This document shows positions 8,656 to 18,124 of a stretch of DNA of 62,856 bases, in pieces. The stretch lies in the NCBI GenBank assembly GCA_903820285.1, contig CAIJGS010000329.1:1-62856 (forward strand), in the 5' to 3' direction. The stretch's first letter is position 1. Each line of letters begins with the position of its first letter. A program made the translations under genes and the position numbers. This DNA comes from an uncultured Verrucomicrobia subdivision 3 bacterium (lineage in GTDB: Bacteria; Verrucomicrobiota; Verrucomicrobiia; Limisphaerales; UBA11358). The notes beneath the pieces are model-generated. The model made no database searches, was not told the origin of the DNA, and saw only the letters and a list, made by a program, of their open reading frames with translations.

Positions 8656-10193
8656 GATCTGGCCTCCCCGGCGGCCGGCAGGCAGAATGAAAACGTTGCC
8701 CCCGGGCCCGCATTGGTTTCCGCCCACAGCCGTCCGCCATGTGCTTCAATGATGGACCGGCTGATGGCCAGTCCCATGCCGAGTCCCTGCGGCTTGGTGG
8801 TATAAAACGCCTCAAAAATCCGCTCCAGCTGCCCGGGTGCGAAACCGGCCCCCGTGTCCTGCACATCAATGGTCACCGCCGGCCGGTCTTCCTGCGTGTC
8901 GTACCGGGCGCGAATCAGCAAAAACCGCCGGGCAGCAGGCACCTCCGCCATGGCATCCAAGCCGTTCACCACGAGATTAAGCAACACCTGCTCCAATTGC
9001 ACCCGGTCCCCCAAAACCGGCGGCAGCCCGGCCGGCATGCCGGTCTGGATGGTTACCTGCCGGGTGGCCGACTCATAACGGGCCAGGGCCACGACTTCCA
9101 CAATCACCTCGCGCAAATCCACCAGCTTGCGCTCGGCGGGCGCCTTTCGGGCCAGCTGCCGAACCCGCGCAATCACCGTGCCCGCGCGTTCCGCGTCGTC
9201 AATGATTTCGGCCAGCGCGTCCCGCACCTCCGTCACCGCCGGCCCGCCAGCGGGCAAAAGGGTGAGACACGCATTGGCATTGTTGACCACCGCCGTGAGC
9301 GGCTGGTTGACCTCATGGGCAATCGAAACCGCAAATTCTCCCATGGTGGTCAGCCGGGTGATATGCGCGTAGTTGGCCTGGGCCTGGTGCAGCGCGTCCT
9401 GCGTCCGGTTCTGCTCGGTCACATCCATGACCGCCCCGACAAATTCCAGTTCGCCTGCCTCGTTCATCTCCGCGTGCCCCATAATGTGGACATGCTTCAC
9501 CTGATCATCCGGCAAAAGCAGCCGGTGGTCGAAGTCAAAATCATTCCCTTTCCGGGCGTTCTCGATCATCTGCCGGACCAGCGCCAGGTCTTCAGGGTGA
9601 ATCCGGCGGAGATAATGCTCCAGATTCAGCTTCGCCATCGGCTCGTATTCAAAGATGTGAAACGTCTCTTCCGACCAGAAAACCTCATCGGTGGCCACCC
9701 GCCAGTCGAAACAGCCGGTATGGCTCAGCCGCTGGGCCGCCGCCAGGTAGTTCTCACTGCGCCGCAGGGCATCCACCTTGGCGGAGAGTTCATCCTTCGC
9801 CCGCCGGAGCGATTGTGTCGTACGCCACTGGGTGCTGGCCAGCATGGTCACCAGCAGTCCCGCCAGCCCGAAGCAAAGCAGGCGGGGCAGCGAACTGGCA
9901 TCCGCCGATAGGGGCGGCAGAAATAGGAAATAGAAAGCCGTCACCGAAAGCCCCAGCGCCAGCAGGCCGGGTCCCTGACCGCCAAACCATGCGGTGAACA
10001 GGGTCGCGCACAGCAGCAGCGAAACGTAGGGCGTGGATGGCCAGTATTCATGCATCCACCAAGCGAGGCCGATGGCCAAGCCGGGCGCGACCACAGCCCC
10101 GCCCCACCGGACGGCGGACGTCTGCCACCAAGACCTGGGCAAACCGCCGGTTTTCAGGCCTTGGGACCCCGCTGTTGACAAGCCTGATACCAC
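8652..10193 (-). CDS. Membrane PAS sensor histidine kinase (FixL/NodV-like)
   Basis: N-terminal 4-TM (DUF4118-like) region, PAS, SIAHEVNQPL, FYTTKPQGLGMGL; start uncertain. Confidence 0.92.
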   Translation of the reverse strand: MVSGLSTAGSQGLKTGGLPRSWWQTSAVRWGGAVVAPGLAIGLAWWMHEYWPSTPYVSLLLCATLFTAWFGGQGPGLLALGLSVTAFYFLFLPPLSADASSLPRLLCFGLAGLLVTMLASTQWRTTQSLRRAKDELSAKVDALRRSENYLAAAQRLSHTGCFDWRVATDEVFWSEETFHIFEYEPMAKLNLEHYLRRIHPEDLALVRQMIENARKGNDFDFDHRLLLPDDQVKHVHIMGHAEMNEAGELEFVGAVMDVTEQNRTQDALHQAQANYAHITRLTTMGEFAVSIAHEVNQPLTAVVNNANACLTLLPAGGPAVTEVRDALAEIIDDAERAGTVIARVRQLARKAPAERKLVDLREVIVEVVALARYESATRQVTIQTGMPAGLPPVLGDRVQLEQVLLNLVVNGLDAMAEVPAARRFLLIRARYDTQEDRPAVTIDVQDTGAGFAPGQLERIFEAFYTTKPQGLGMGLAISRSIIEAHGGRLWAETNAGPGATFSFCLPAAGEARS

Positions 10194-10421
10194 GGCTTAA
10201 ATGTGCCCCAGCCCGGGCGGTGAGGCAAGTGGAAGGTGCATCGCCAACGGCCATGCCGGGCCGGAAAAACGGCCACACCTTCCGGACTGAAACCCGGGAT
10301 AGAAATGCGCCGCAAACACTTAGAATCCGCCCGGTCGCCCTTTTTCCGCCAATTGCGGGCGGGTTGATTGGCTTGTATTTATTTTCGGAAACATTAGTTT
10401 TGGGCGCAAGCAAGCCCTGAT

Positions 10422-10703
10422 ATGAAAACCTCGCTCGAAATCGTCCACGGCGGCGGCTGGGTCAAAGACCGGGGCCAGACCCGGCCCAAGGCGCGGCTGT
10501 TCGGCGCATTCACCATCCTGTGGCTGACCCTGGCATTCTGCGGACTGGCGGCGTTACCCCTCAACGACTGGGAGGCGTTGGCCATGTTCGCACCAGTGCC
10601 GGTATGGCTGATGCTGGCCATTCACTTTTTCCATTCCGAAACCCCGCGTCCCCACTCCCGCCGGATTCCCAATCCAGGTCACCATCTGCGGAAGCTCTAT
10701 TAG
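10422..10703 (+). CDS. Hypothetical small membrane protein
   Basis: ATG ORF with two hydrophobic segments. Confidence 0.6.
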   Translation: MKTSLEIVHGGGWVKDRGQTRPKARLFGAFTILWLTLAFCGLAALPLNDWEALAMFAPVPVWLMLAIHFFHSETPRPHSRRIPNPGHHLRKLY

Positions 10704-10739
10704 GGCGGCTGCCTAAACCAAGTCGGAAGTTTTCCCGCC

Positions 10740-10988
10740 ATGTTCATCCTCATACTCTCCATCGGCGTGGCGATTTTGGTTGGCTGGCTGTCGTTCGGTT
10801 TCTTTTTCGAAGACCGTTCGGATTTCTGGGAATGTGTGCGCCTCTATTTCACCCCGGAAATCATCACCCTGTTCCGGGGCGAATGGGGCGACGCCAATTG
10901 GGCAGATCTCAAACTGTTCGTTTATTTCGGCCTCACCCTCGGCTGCGGCTGGCTCACCCACGCCGGGCTCGCCAAATTATTTGGCTAA
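10740..10988 (+). CDS. Hypothetical small membrane protein
   Basis: Two TM segments flanking an aromatic/acidic loop (FRGEWGDANWA). Confidence 0.65.
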   Translation: MFILILSIGVAILVGWLSFGFFFEDRSDFWECVRLYFTPEIITLFRGEWGDANWADLKLFVYFGLTLGCGWLTHAGLAKLFG

Positions 10989-11025
10989 TTACCGGCACGG
11001 ATCAAATTTCCGCTTACGCCCCCGC

Positions 11026-11054
11026 TTGCCAGCCGGCCCAACCCGTTCTATTTT
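11026..11054 (+). promoter_or_regulatory. Sigma70-type promoter giving a probable leaderless mRNA
   Basis: TTGCCA-17nt-TATTTT, then 6 nt, then ATG at 11061. Confidence 0.55.
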
Positions 11055-11060
11055 GGCCGC

Positions 11061-12242
11061 ATGAAATATCGTCGTTTTGGCCGTACCGGGCTGAACATCC
11101 CCGTGATCTCCTGCGGTGGCATGCGCTACCAGCACAAATGGCAGGATGTCGCCCCGCAGGACATTCCCCGCGCCAATCAGGAAAATCTGGAGGCGTGCAT
11201 TCATCGCGCCTTGGAACTCGGCATCAATCACATCGAAACGGCGCGCGGCTATGGTAGTTCGGAAATGCAGCTCGGCAACCTCCTGCCCAAATTGCCCCGT
11301 GATAAAATGATCGTGCAGACCAAGGTGTCGCCGCAGGCCACCGGCGCGGAGTTCCTCAAAATTTTCAACACCTCCATGGCTTACCTGAAGCTGGACCACG
11401 TGGACCTGCTCTCCTTCCATGGCATCAACACCCGCGAATTGCTGGACTGGACCTTAAAAAAAGGCGGCTGCCTCGAAGTCGCCCGTCAGTTGCAAAAGGA
11501 GGGCCGCTGCCGTTTCCTCGGCTTCTCCACCCACGGCACCACCGATGTGATCGAAGAGGTGATCAACACCGGCGAATTCGATTACGTGAATCTGCACTGG
11601 TATTTCGTGAACGACCTCAACTGGTCCGCCGTGCAGGCTGCGCGACGGCAGGACATGGGCGTGTTCATCATCAGCCCCAATGACAAAGGCGGCAAGCTTC
11701 AGGAACCCGGCCCGAAGATCAAGGAACTGTGCGCCCCGCTCACGCCCATGCAGTTCAACGACCTCTACTGCCTGAACCGCCCCGAAGTGCACACCCTGAG
11801 CTGCGGCCCGGCCCGGCCCACGGATTTTGATGAACACGTCGCGGCGCTGGAACATTACGACACCATCCCCCAGACGATTGCGCCCATCGAAAAACGTCTC
11901 CGCGCCGAAATGGAATCCGTGCTCGGTGCCGACTGGTGCGCGCGCTGGCCGGAAGGGCTGCCGAATTTCAACCACGTCCCCGGCCAGATCAACATCTCCG
12001 AAATCCTGCGCCTGTGGACCTACGCCAAGTCGCTGGACCTGCTCCCGTGGGCGAAGATGCGGTACAACTTATTGGGCCAGGCGGAACATTGGTTCCCCGG
12101 CGAAAATGCCGGCAAACTCGGCGAACTCGATGTGCGCGACGCCCTCAAAGGCAGCCCCTTCGCCAGTCGCATCCCGGAAATCCTGGCCGAAGCGCACCGG
12201 ACCTATTACGAAAAACCGGTGCAACGGTTAAGTAAGAGCTGA
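11061..12242 (+). CDS. Aldo/keto reductase family oxidoreductase
   Basis: [44 protein letters not shown]. Confidence 0.92.
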   Translation: MKYRRFGRTGLNIPVISCGGMRYQHKWQDVAPQDIPRANQENLEACIHRALELGINHIETARGYGSSEMQLGNLLPKLPRDKMIVQTKVSPQATGAEFLKIFNTSMAYLKLDHVDLLSFHGINTRELLDWTLKKGGCLEVARQLQKEGRCRFLGFSTHGTTDVIEEVINTGEFDYVNLHWYFVNDLNWSAVQAARRQDMGVFIISPNDKGGKLQEPGPKIKELCAPLTPMQFNDLYCLNRPEVHTLSCGPARPTDFDEHVAALEHYDTIPQTIAPIEKRLRAEMESVLGADWCARWPEGLPNFNHVPGQINISEILRLWTYAKSLDLLPWAKMRYNLLGQAEHWFPGENAGKLGELDVRDALKGSPFASRIPEILAEAHRTYYEKPVQRLSKS

Positions 12243-12246
12243 GCCA

Positions 12247-12339
12247 TCAATGGCGGGCTGCCAGCGTGATGAAATAAATAATCAGACCCAGGAAGACGAG
12301 GATCTGCCCGACGGCGAAGAAAGCGGTAATGGATTCCAT
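12247..12339 (-). CDS. Putative 30-aa single-TM small protein (below ORF-track cutoff)
   Basis: Read by hand: MESITAFFAVGQILVFLGLIIYFITLAARH*; AT-rich leader; co-oriented with upstream genes. Confidence 0.5.
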   Translation of the reverse strand: MESITAFFAVGQILVFLGLIIYFITLAARH

Positions 12340-12388
12340 AAATTATTGGCTTTGTTTGTTGCTGAAAATATTTCGCCGGCACCCGCTG

Positions 12389-12868
12389 CTACCGGGGAAT
12401 GGTCTGGCCATTCCAGCTCGGTTTTTCATAAGTGACCGTTTCCAGCGGCCAGGGCGTCACCTCCTCAAACCCCGCGTGATTCTTGTTATAAATCTGCCCC
12501 AGATCCTTGCCCCCTTTGGAAAAGGTCGCTTCCGGGTCCGTCAGAAAATAAAACCAGCCGCCGGAAACCGTAACCGGTCCCCAGGCAGGAACATTGAAAA
12601 CGCCGTTCGTATCCGTGACCACCGTCGCCAGGTTGATATCCATCGCCTCCGGATCGTGCATGTTGGCCGTGCTGCGCATGGCCGACCAGCGGACTTGAAC
12701 CGTCACCCCCGCCAACGGTTTGCCGGTGGCCGTGTCCACCACCGTGCCCGATAGCGCCGGACTTTGAAAACGAACCGGCAAATTACGTCCATAAACCAAC
12801 CCCAACACCAGCAACACAAACAGCGTGGCACCGGCGAAAAAGAGCCGCTTTTTGGTCAGGTATTTCAT
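12389..12868 (-). CDS. Membrane-anchored protein with carboxypeptidase-regulatory-like (transthyretin-like) domain
   Basis: N-terminal TM; SGTVVDTATGKPLAGVTV and TDTNGVF motifs. Confidence 0.65.
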   Translation of the reverse strand: MKYLTKKRLFFAGATLFVLLVLGLVYGRNLPVRFQSPALSGTVVDTATGKPLAGVTVQVRWSAMRSTANMHDPEAMDINLATVVTDTNGVFNVPAWGPVTVSGGWFYFLTDPEATFSKGGKDLGQIYNKNHAGFEEVTPWPLETVTYEKPSWNGQTIPR

Positions 12869-13593
12869 GGCGCGGTTGGATGGGAATCCGGCTGCAGCCG
12901 GTAAATATAAATTTCTTCATTGGATCCACCCTTATAGTGGCCTTCGAGAATCCGAAAACTGCCGGGTTCAATGGGAATCGGGTTTTCGCCAAAGGCAGTG
13001 TCGCCGGGCTTGTCGCCCGCGAAGAGCAAAACCATTCCCGGCTGGGTCAGCGTCCACTTCTTGCCGGTATCAACCATCGCGCTGGTGGGCGTCGCTTGGA
13101 CGGCCCGTTTTAACAATAAATCCGTGTTCGTATCGGCCCAGGCGGCCAGAAAATAAATATCAACCCAGCCTTCCGGGGAATGCCCCCAGGCACTCATGGG
13201 CGGATTATCCAGTACCATGGCCTGTCCCTGCCCCACCGAAATCAGGGTCATCTGACCGTTGGTGGTGGCCGCGCAGGCCCGACCATAATCACCCGACGAA
13301 CTGAGCGCGCCCAATAGCGGCCCAACGCCCTGCCACTGTCGGCTTAATTCTTTCGGCAGCACCAGATGCGGCCCGCCATCACAGGCCAGATAATCAAAAT
13401 CGCACATCCCGGCAACCTTCTGGGAAATCGGCTGGGGTGGGACTTCTGCCCGTTGACCACAGCCGGTGAGAGACAGAATAAATCCTGCAAATAAAATCAA
13501 TGGCCATGAGCGCAATCTGTCTGAAACCCCGCGCACGCCGAAGTAGTCGGCCATGAGGTCTGGCTGGCAGTTTCCCATGCTTTTGTCGGCCAT
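12865..13593 (-). CDS. Imm21-like immunity protein, probable lipoprotein
   Basis: DGGPHLVLP...W.G...DYGRAC motif typical of Imm21; lipobox LTGC; start uncertain. Confidence 0.6.
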   Translation of the reverse strand: MADKSMGNCQPDLMADYFGVRGVSDRLRSWPLILFAGFILSLTGCGQRAEVPPQPISQKVAGMCDFDYLACDGGPHLVLPKELSRQWQGVGPLLGALSSSGDYGRACAATTNGQMTLISVGQGQAMVLDNPPMSAWGHSPEGWVDIYFLAAWADTNTDLLLKRAVQATPTSAMVDTGKKWTLTQPGMVLLFAGDKPGDTAFGENPIPIEPGSFRILEGHYKGGSNEEIYIYRLQPDSHPTAP

Positions 13594-13685
13594 CTGGCCG
13601 TCAGCAAACCGGGAATCCCCCTGGCAGGCAAGCTCAATCAGTCAAATGAGTTAGGATACTCCCGGAGCTGCCTCAATCTCTGACC

Positions 13686-13709
13686 GTAGCAGCCGACATG
13701 AGGAGGCTC
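13686..13709 (+). repeat. GTAG-type REP-like repeat (copies at 23898-23918, 38646-38669, and reversed at 40951-40967)
   Basis: Shared GTAG(C/G)AGCCGAC(G/A)T(G/A)AGG(AG)GCTC sequence at gene 3' ends. Confidence 0.7.
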
Positions 13710-13723
13710 CTACGAGCGAAAAT

Positions 13724-14629
13724 TCACGCCGTCCGCCACGCGAGCTTTTTGATCTGCCCATGCTCCGGATGCGTCCGGTCCAGCGACCGCAATTCAAATT
13801 CCGCGCTGTCATCCGTCAGCGTGGCTCGCACCCAACCGCTCGGGCGGCCATCCTTGAACACATACCCGGTGGGCGGCAGATTGATCAGATGCACCCCGCT
13901 CGCATGCGTCTCCACATGCCAGTCATGCGTGTGGCCAAACACACAGGCCTTCACCTGCCGGTGACTGGCCAGCACTTCCAGGAAGGCATCCACATCTTTC
14001 AGACTCGCCTTTTGCGTTGAGGTTGCCGGATTGTGATGCACCACCACGACGGCCGGCTTGGCCGGGCGCGCCGCGAGTTCGGCCGTCAGCCAGGCCAGTT
14101 GGGCGGAACCCAATTCGCCCTCGGAGATGTTGGTGGCTTCCAGTGAATCGAGCAGAAACCAGTTCGCGCGGGCGGTGGCAAAAACCGAGGCCTGCCGTTG
14201 CAGCGCGGCTTCCGCCGTTTTCGCCGCATCCGCCGGAAACGCGGACCAGAAATTCTGGCGTTCATCGTGATTGCCCAGCGACAGGTGAATCGGGGCCAGC
14301 GCCCGCACCGGATCAATCAACTTGCCGAAGGTGGCATAATCGCCCGGCAACCCCTCTTTCAGCGCCAGATCACCATTAACAATCACCGCCGCCGGCGACA
14401 CCGGCCACGCCGCAAAATCACGCACGGCCGCAGCCAGATGATCCGCGACATTCACATGCCGCGCAATTTCCGCCGGATCAGCCGCGATGTGCGTGTCCGA
14501 AAAAAAGGCGAGCATGTCCTCATCGCTCGTCTTGGCAAAGGCATTGGGCGCCAGCACAGCGGCGACCCCGGCGAGGGCGGCACGCTTCAAAAAGTCACGC
14601 CGTGTCAGTTGCGGCAGATGGATTGGCAT
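13724..14629 (-). CDS. Tat-exported calcineurin-like metallophosphoesterase (Icc/CpdA-like)
   Basis: TRRDFLK Tat motif; SDTH, NGD, GNHD, HH, GHTH. Confidence 0.9.
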   Translation of the reverse strand: MPIHLPQLTRRDFLKRAALAGVAAVLAPNAFAKTSDEDMLAFFSDTHIAADPAEIARHVNVADHLAAAVRDFAAWPVSPAAVIVNGDLALKEGLPGDYATFGKLIDPVRALAPIHLSLGNHDERQNFWSAFPADAAKTAEAALQRQASVFATARANWFLLDSLEATNISEGELGSAQLAWLTAELAARPAKPAVVVVHHNPATSTQKASLKDVDAFLEVLASHRQVKACVFGHTHDWHVETHASGVHLINLPPTGYVFKDGRPSGWVRATLTDDSAEFELRSLDRTHPEHGQIKKLAWRTA

Positions 14630-14770
14630 AATAATTTAAACGGTTGCTCCCATTTCCGGCACGTTAGGCCAGCCGCGCTGCAGAATCAAGCCACGGAAAA
14701 CCGAAACCCACAATTTAACGGAATCGTAACGCAAACGGATGACGGAGCGCGGACCAGGCAATACACCCGT

Positions 14771-14964
14771 GCCTGTCGCGAAGCGACCCCTGGAAATTAG
14801 CCCGGCACAAGGTGCCGGGAACCACCAACGTATTCCCAGCGTCCTGTCGGGACGTTAGGATTATTTCCTCCATGCCTTCCTACCGTCCCTCGCGGGACGG
14901 ATTCATTTATTGCCTGCCACCAAGGACCTTGTCCCTGGCTAATTTCCCGAGGCCGCGCTGGGAC
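14771..14964. repeat. Palindromic REP/MITE-like element
   Basis: Inverted GAAATTAGCC/GGCTAATTTC ends with internal hairpins CCCGGCAC..GTGCCGGG and CGTCCC..GGGACG. Confidence 0.55.
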
Positions 14965-15166
14965 CACACCGAAACTCTATATCTTTTATAATAATCGCCG
15001 GCTCGTTAAGACCGCAGAAGCCACCGGCAGGGGAGCCAGCCGGACCCTGGTCCTGGCCAAAATATAAATCCATGATCGACAACCACAAACCCCTTTTGCT
15101 ACGGTCGCATAGATTGAAAGCGTTCGCCCGCAAAAATTTGGAGAAAAGCAAGGCCACTTCACGTGC

Positions 15167-15463
15167 ATGAAAGATAAATACAACAAATCACGAGACCGCT
15201 TTGTCAGAGTCACCATTGGTTTCATGGCGCTTTTCTTCGCCATGCTCGGCGTGGTTTGTGTTTTCAGAGGCAGGCCTGTTTACCAGAACGCTTGGGGACA
15301 GGGTGTTTTTGCCCCTGTCACCATTCTCGTTGGATTGATTCTCTTATTTATCGTGCTGTTTAGATGGAGTCAGTTCCGCGAGTCAGCATTGTATGGCATC
15401 GCTAGACGAAAGAGATACGAGGAAAAACGCGATTTATCGAAGAAGCACAAGCATAGGCATTGA
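15167..15463 (+). CDS. Hypothetical membrane protein (cassette-like)
   Basis: Two TM segments and a basic tail; lower GC; followed by GCCTAAC. Confidence 0.65.
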   Translation: MKDKYNKSRDRFVRVTIGFMALFFAMLGVVCVFRGRPVYQNAWGQGVFAPVTILVGLILLFIVLFRWSQFRESALYGIARRKRYEEKRDLSKKHKHRH

Positions 15464-15511
15464 CCAGTGGCCTAACCAAATCGTTACTCGTCACTGAACA
15501 CCACAACATTT

Positions 15512-15796
15512 ATGAGCACAAAAACATTATTCGCTCTGGGAGTCAGAATCTTGGGCTTGGTCTTTTTATACCATGCTTTTCAGGCGGCCGTTTCTGCAGC
15601 CTCGATATTATTAGATGGCAGTTTTGCCCAACCGTGGCTGCAATTCAGTTTTCGGATATGTGTTTTCCAATGCCTCGCTTATGCCTGCTTTAGCCTTTGG
15701 TTGGTGGGTGGTGCCGGATGGCTTATTCGCTGGGCATTTCGCGAGCCGAAGGAACAGAGCAATCTGCATGTTAAGACTTCACCTGCTGATGCCTGA
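15512..15796 (+). CDS. Hypothetical membrane protein (cassette-like)
   Basis: Two TM segments; stop codon lies within GCCTGAC. Confidence 0.65.
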   Translation: MSTKTLFALGVRILGLVFLYHAFQAAVSAASILLDGSFAQPWLQFSFRICVFQCLAYACFSLWLVGGAGWLIRWAFREPKEQSNLHVKTSPADA

Positions 15797-15950
15797 CCAG
15801 GTCGCCGAAGCCGCCACCTGGGCCGCCCGCAACTTTCGATCGGAGCCGGACTTGTCAAGCCGTAGCCCTGATGCGAATGCTGATGGCACGGCTTGCACCA
15901 TTACGTTAAGTTAAGCCAAGCCAGCTTCTACAGCTGGCGACATCACGTTT

Positions 15951-16310
15951 ATGAAAATAAATCGCATTCTCGGCATCCTTTGGCTGGCCCTTTGTGGCTC
16001 CTCCGTCTTTAATCTGCTCCGGGCAATGCAGGGGCTGCATCCGACGGCCGCCGGGCTTTGGATCGCCATGTCAGTTCTCGCGGGTGCCTGCCTGTTGTAT
16101 TTGGCGGGCATGGTAGCGAGCCTTTTTCTGATGCGCGGCGCGAGCTGGGCGCGTTGGCTGATTGCCGTGGTGGCGGTCTGGGAGGCATTTTCCACCGCCG
16201 CCTACATGGTGGTATCCAAATCATTTCACGCCTGGAGCGGCTTTTGCATTGTGCTCGCCGTCGTAACCCTGGTGCTGTTATTTTTGCCTAAACATGAGCC
16301 GGCCGCCTGA
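15951..16310 (+). CDS. Hypothetical 4-TM membrane protein (cassette-like)
   Basis: Hydrophobic throughout; stop codon lies within GCCTGAC. Confidence 0.7.
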   Translation: MKINRILGILWLALCGSSVFNLLRAMQGLHPTAAGLWIAMSVLAGACLLYLAGMVASLFLMRGASWARWLIAVVAVWEAFSTAAYMVVSKSFHAWSGFCIVLAVVTLVLLFLPKHEPAA

Positions 16311-16367
16311 CAACTCGCCGTGCCAAGCCAGCTTTCTACGTTGATACGGTCACTTAGGCACACCACT

Positions 16368-16820
16368 ATGATTCGATACTCACACGTCATCCTTCTGATT
16401 CCGTGCGATTCAGTGAGCGCGGCGACCATCACAGCGGCACTTGGCGTGAAACCTGCCCGAGTTCGCGAGAATAAGTCACAGGTACGGGTTGCCGATGGCA
16501 GCTTTCAGGAGTGTGGGCATCACACCTGGATGTTTGATTCTCCGAAGAATCACTCCGAAGGCGACCCGACGGCACGACTTCACGCACTGGCTGATGCTAT
16601 TGAGCCCTTCGCGCCACGGTTGCCTGGCATCCGGGCAGATTATAAGCCGTTCGTTGATATTGTTTATCACGTCACCCCCCAGCAGCCGCACGGTATCACC
16701 GGCGAGTTTGATTGGTTTCGGATGCCGGCCGAGTTGATGCGGCGTTATGGTGCTTGGGATTTGAGTGTTTCCTACGAGGCATTTTGGTTTGACCACCCTG
16801 ACTGGATTCGTAGGCGTTGA
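16368..16820 (+). CDS. DUF4279-like protein (cassette-like)
   Basis: ITAALGVKP, W.FDS, L.ALADAIEP, MPAELMRRY pattern; ATG follows CTTAGGC. Confidence 0.6.
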   Translation: MIRYSHVILLIPCDSVSAATITAALGVKPARVRENKSQVRVADGSFQECGHHTWMFDSPKNHSEGDPTARLHALADAIEPFAPRLPGIRADYKPFVDIVYHVTPQQPHGITGEFDWFRMPAELMRRYGAWDLSVSYEAFWFDHPDWIRRR

Positions 16821-16825
16821 GGATT

Positions 16826-17179
16826 ATGTCCCGCACCATCACACTTTTAGCTTTGGCCCAAGCCGCCGCCGTGATTTGTGGTTTTTTTGGACTGGCGATT
16901 ATTTTGCGTCACCACGGCTACCCGGATGAGCCATTTCAGGCCGGCTCCAGCTTTGTGATTTATCACTGGAGTCCTTTCACTTTGTTTTTGCGGCGTATGG
17001 GTATGATTTTATTGGTTGTACCTTTGGCATGGACAATCTTTGCTGTGATTCCGGAGCGACGAGCCCATTATATTTTGCCGCACACCTTATGGTTATATAT
17101 TGGTGCCATTATTCCCTTCGTGATGATCATGATGTTTTTTTATGCGATTTTTCATCCTTGCATCGCTGTTCCCAATTGA
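16826..17179 (+). CDS. Hypothetical membrane protein
   Basis: Three TM segments; GAGG upstream of ATG. Confidence 0.65.
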   Translation: MSRTITLLALAQAAAVICGFFGLAIILRHHGYPDEPFQAGSSFVIYHWSPFTLFLRRMGMILLVVPLAWTIFAVIPERRAHYILPHTLWLYIGAIIPFVMIMMFFYAIFHPCIAVPN

Positions 17180-17293
17180 CCGTGTGCCCGCCAATTCGCC
17201 ACCGCCAACTGCTACTTTGTCGAACCGCAGCCCTGAGGCGAAGGCTGGCATCTCGGTTTACACTAAGATCGGCCATAGCTCCTTAAACGCCGC

Positions 17294-17860
17294 ATGATCA
17301 CGCGCAAATCCATCCTCCTCGCATGTGTGGCCGTTGGCCTTTTTATTGGCATTGGCGTGGGCAGGTATTTTCTCGCCTCGCCCAATCATGGTTCGGCCCT
17401 GCCAGATTTCAGTTCACTTTATGAGCTGGTTCTTTCGCGAGCTGTTGATACAAACCAGAGCGAACTCTTCTCGGTTGTGCTTGCGGAAACTGTTACCAAT
17501 GAGGTTGAGTCTTTTACGCCATTGCCATCCAAGTTACACGACCGCTTAGTGGCGGCTTGGAAACAAAAAGGTGTTCATCTGGATTTACTCATTCCACCGG
17601 ACCGCATACAGGCCATATGGCAGGAAGTTGATCTCGATGGCCACAAGATTCCCCATTTTCAAAAATTCGTGGACAAGAACTCTCAGCAGATGGTCCGCGT
17701 ATACAAAATAGATTCAATTTGCTGGCTTGGATCGGACGAGGTGTTGGTTTCGTGGTCGGGGACTGAAGCCAATCTCAGCGTCAGGGGATCAAAGATTAAG
17801 CTCAAGTTTGAGTTCGGCTTTTGGCAATGGGTGGAGGAAACAGACGAATGGGCTTCATGA
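17294..17860 (+). CDS. Hypothetical exported or membrane-anchored protein
   Basis: N-terminal hydrophobic segment; low-GC ORF of 188 aa. Confidence 0.65.
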   Translation: MITRKSILLACVAVGLFIGIGVGRYFLASPNHGSALPDFSSLYELVLSRAVDTNQSELFSVVLAETVTNEVESFTPLPSKLHDRLVAAWKQKGVHLDLLIPPDRIQAIWQEVDLDGHKIPHFQKFVDKNSQQMVRVYKIDSICWLGSDEVLVSWSGTEANLSVRGSKIKLKFEFGFWQWVEETDEWAS

Positions 17861-18124
17861 TGGTGCGCCGTTAAAAGTATTGTTTCATTTTACATCCTCA
17901 CCCGGTTTCCCATCCCGCTCCTAACACCTTTACCCCATCTCTTACTAAAGAGCCGCTATTGCGGAAGTTGGCCGCTCATTAAAAAACCCCGCCAAGTTAA
18001 GTTGCAGGGTTGATTTATTGGCCTGGGGCAGAGATTTTCCTACAGCCTGATGGCGGGTTTTTAGGGTGATCGCCGCCGGTCAGGCAGGAGCCGGTCAATC
18101 GCCTTGTTCCCGGTACCGCCGGAT

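Noticed and set aside
10711-10730. GCCTAAACCAAGTCGG between two small membrane genes as an attC remnant
   Set aside because: Too short, with no partner GTTRRRY site; cannot be supported.
14663-14669. GTTAGGC as an integron core site
   Set aside because: Better explained as part of the minus-strand promoter TTGATT-17-TAACGT of the phosphoesterase gene; no attC palindrome.
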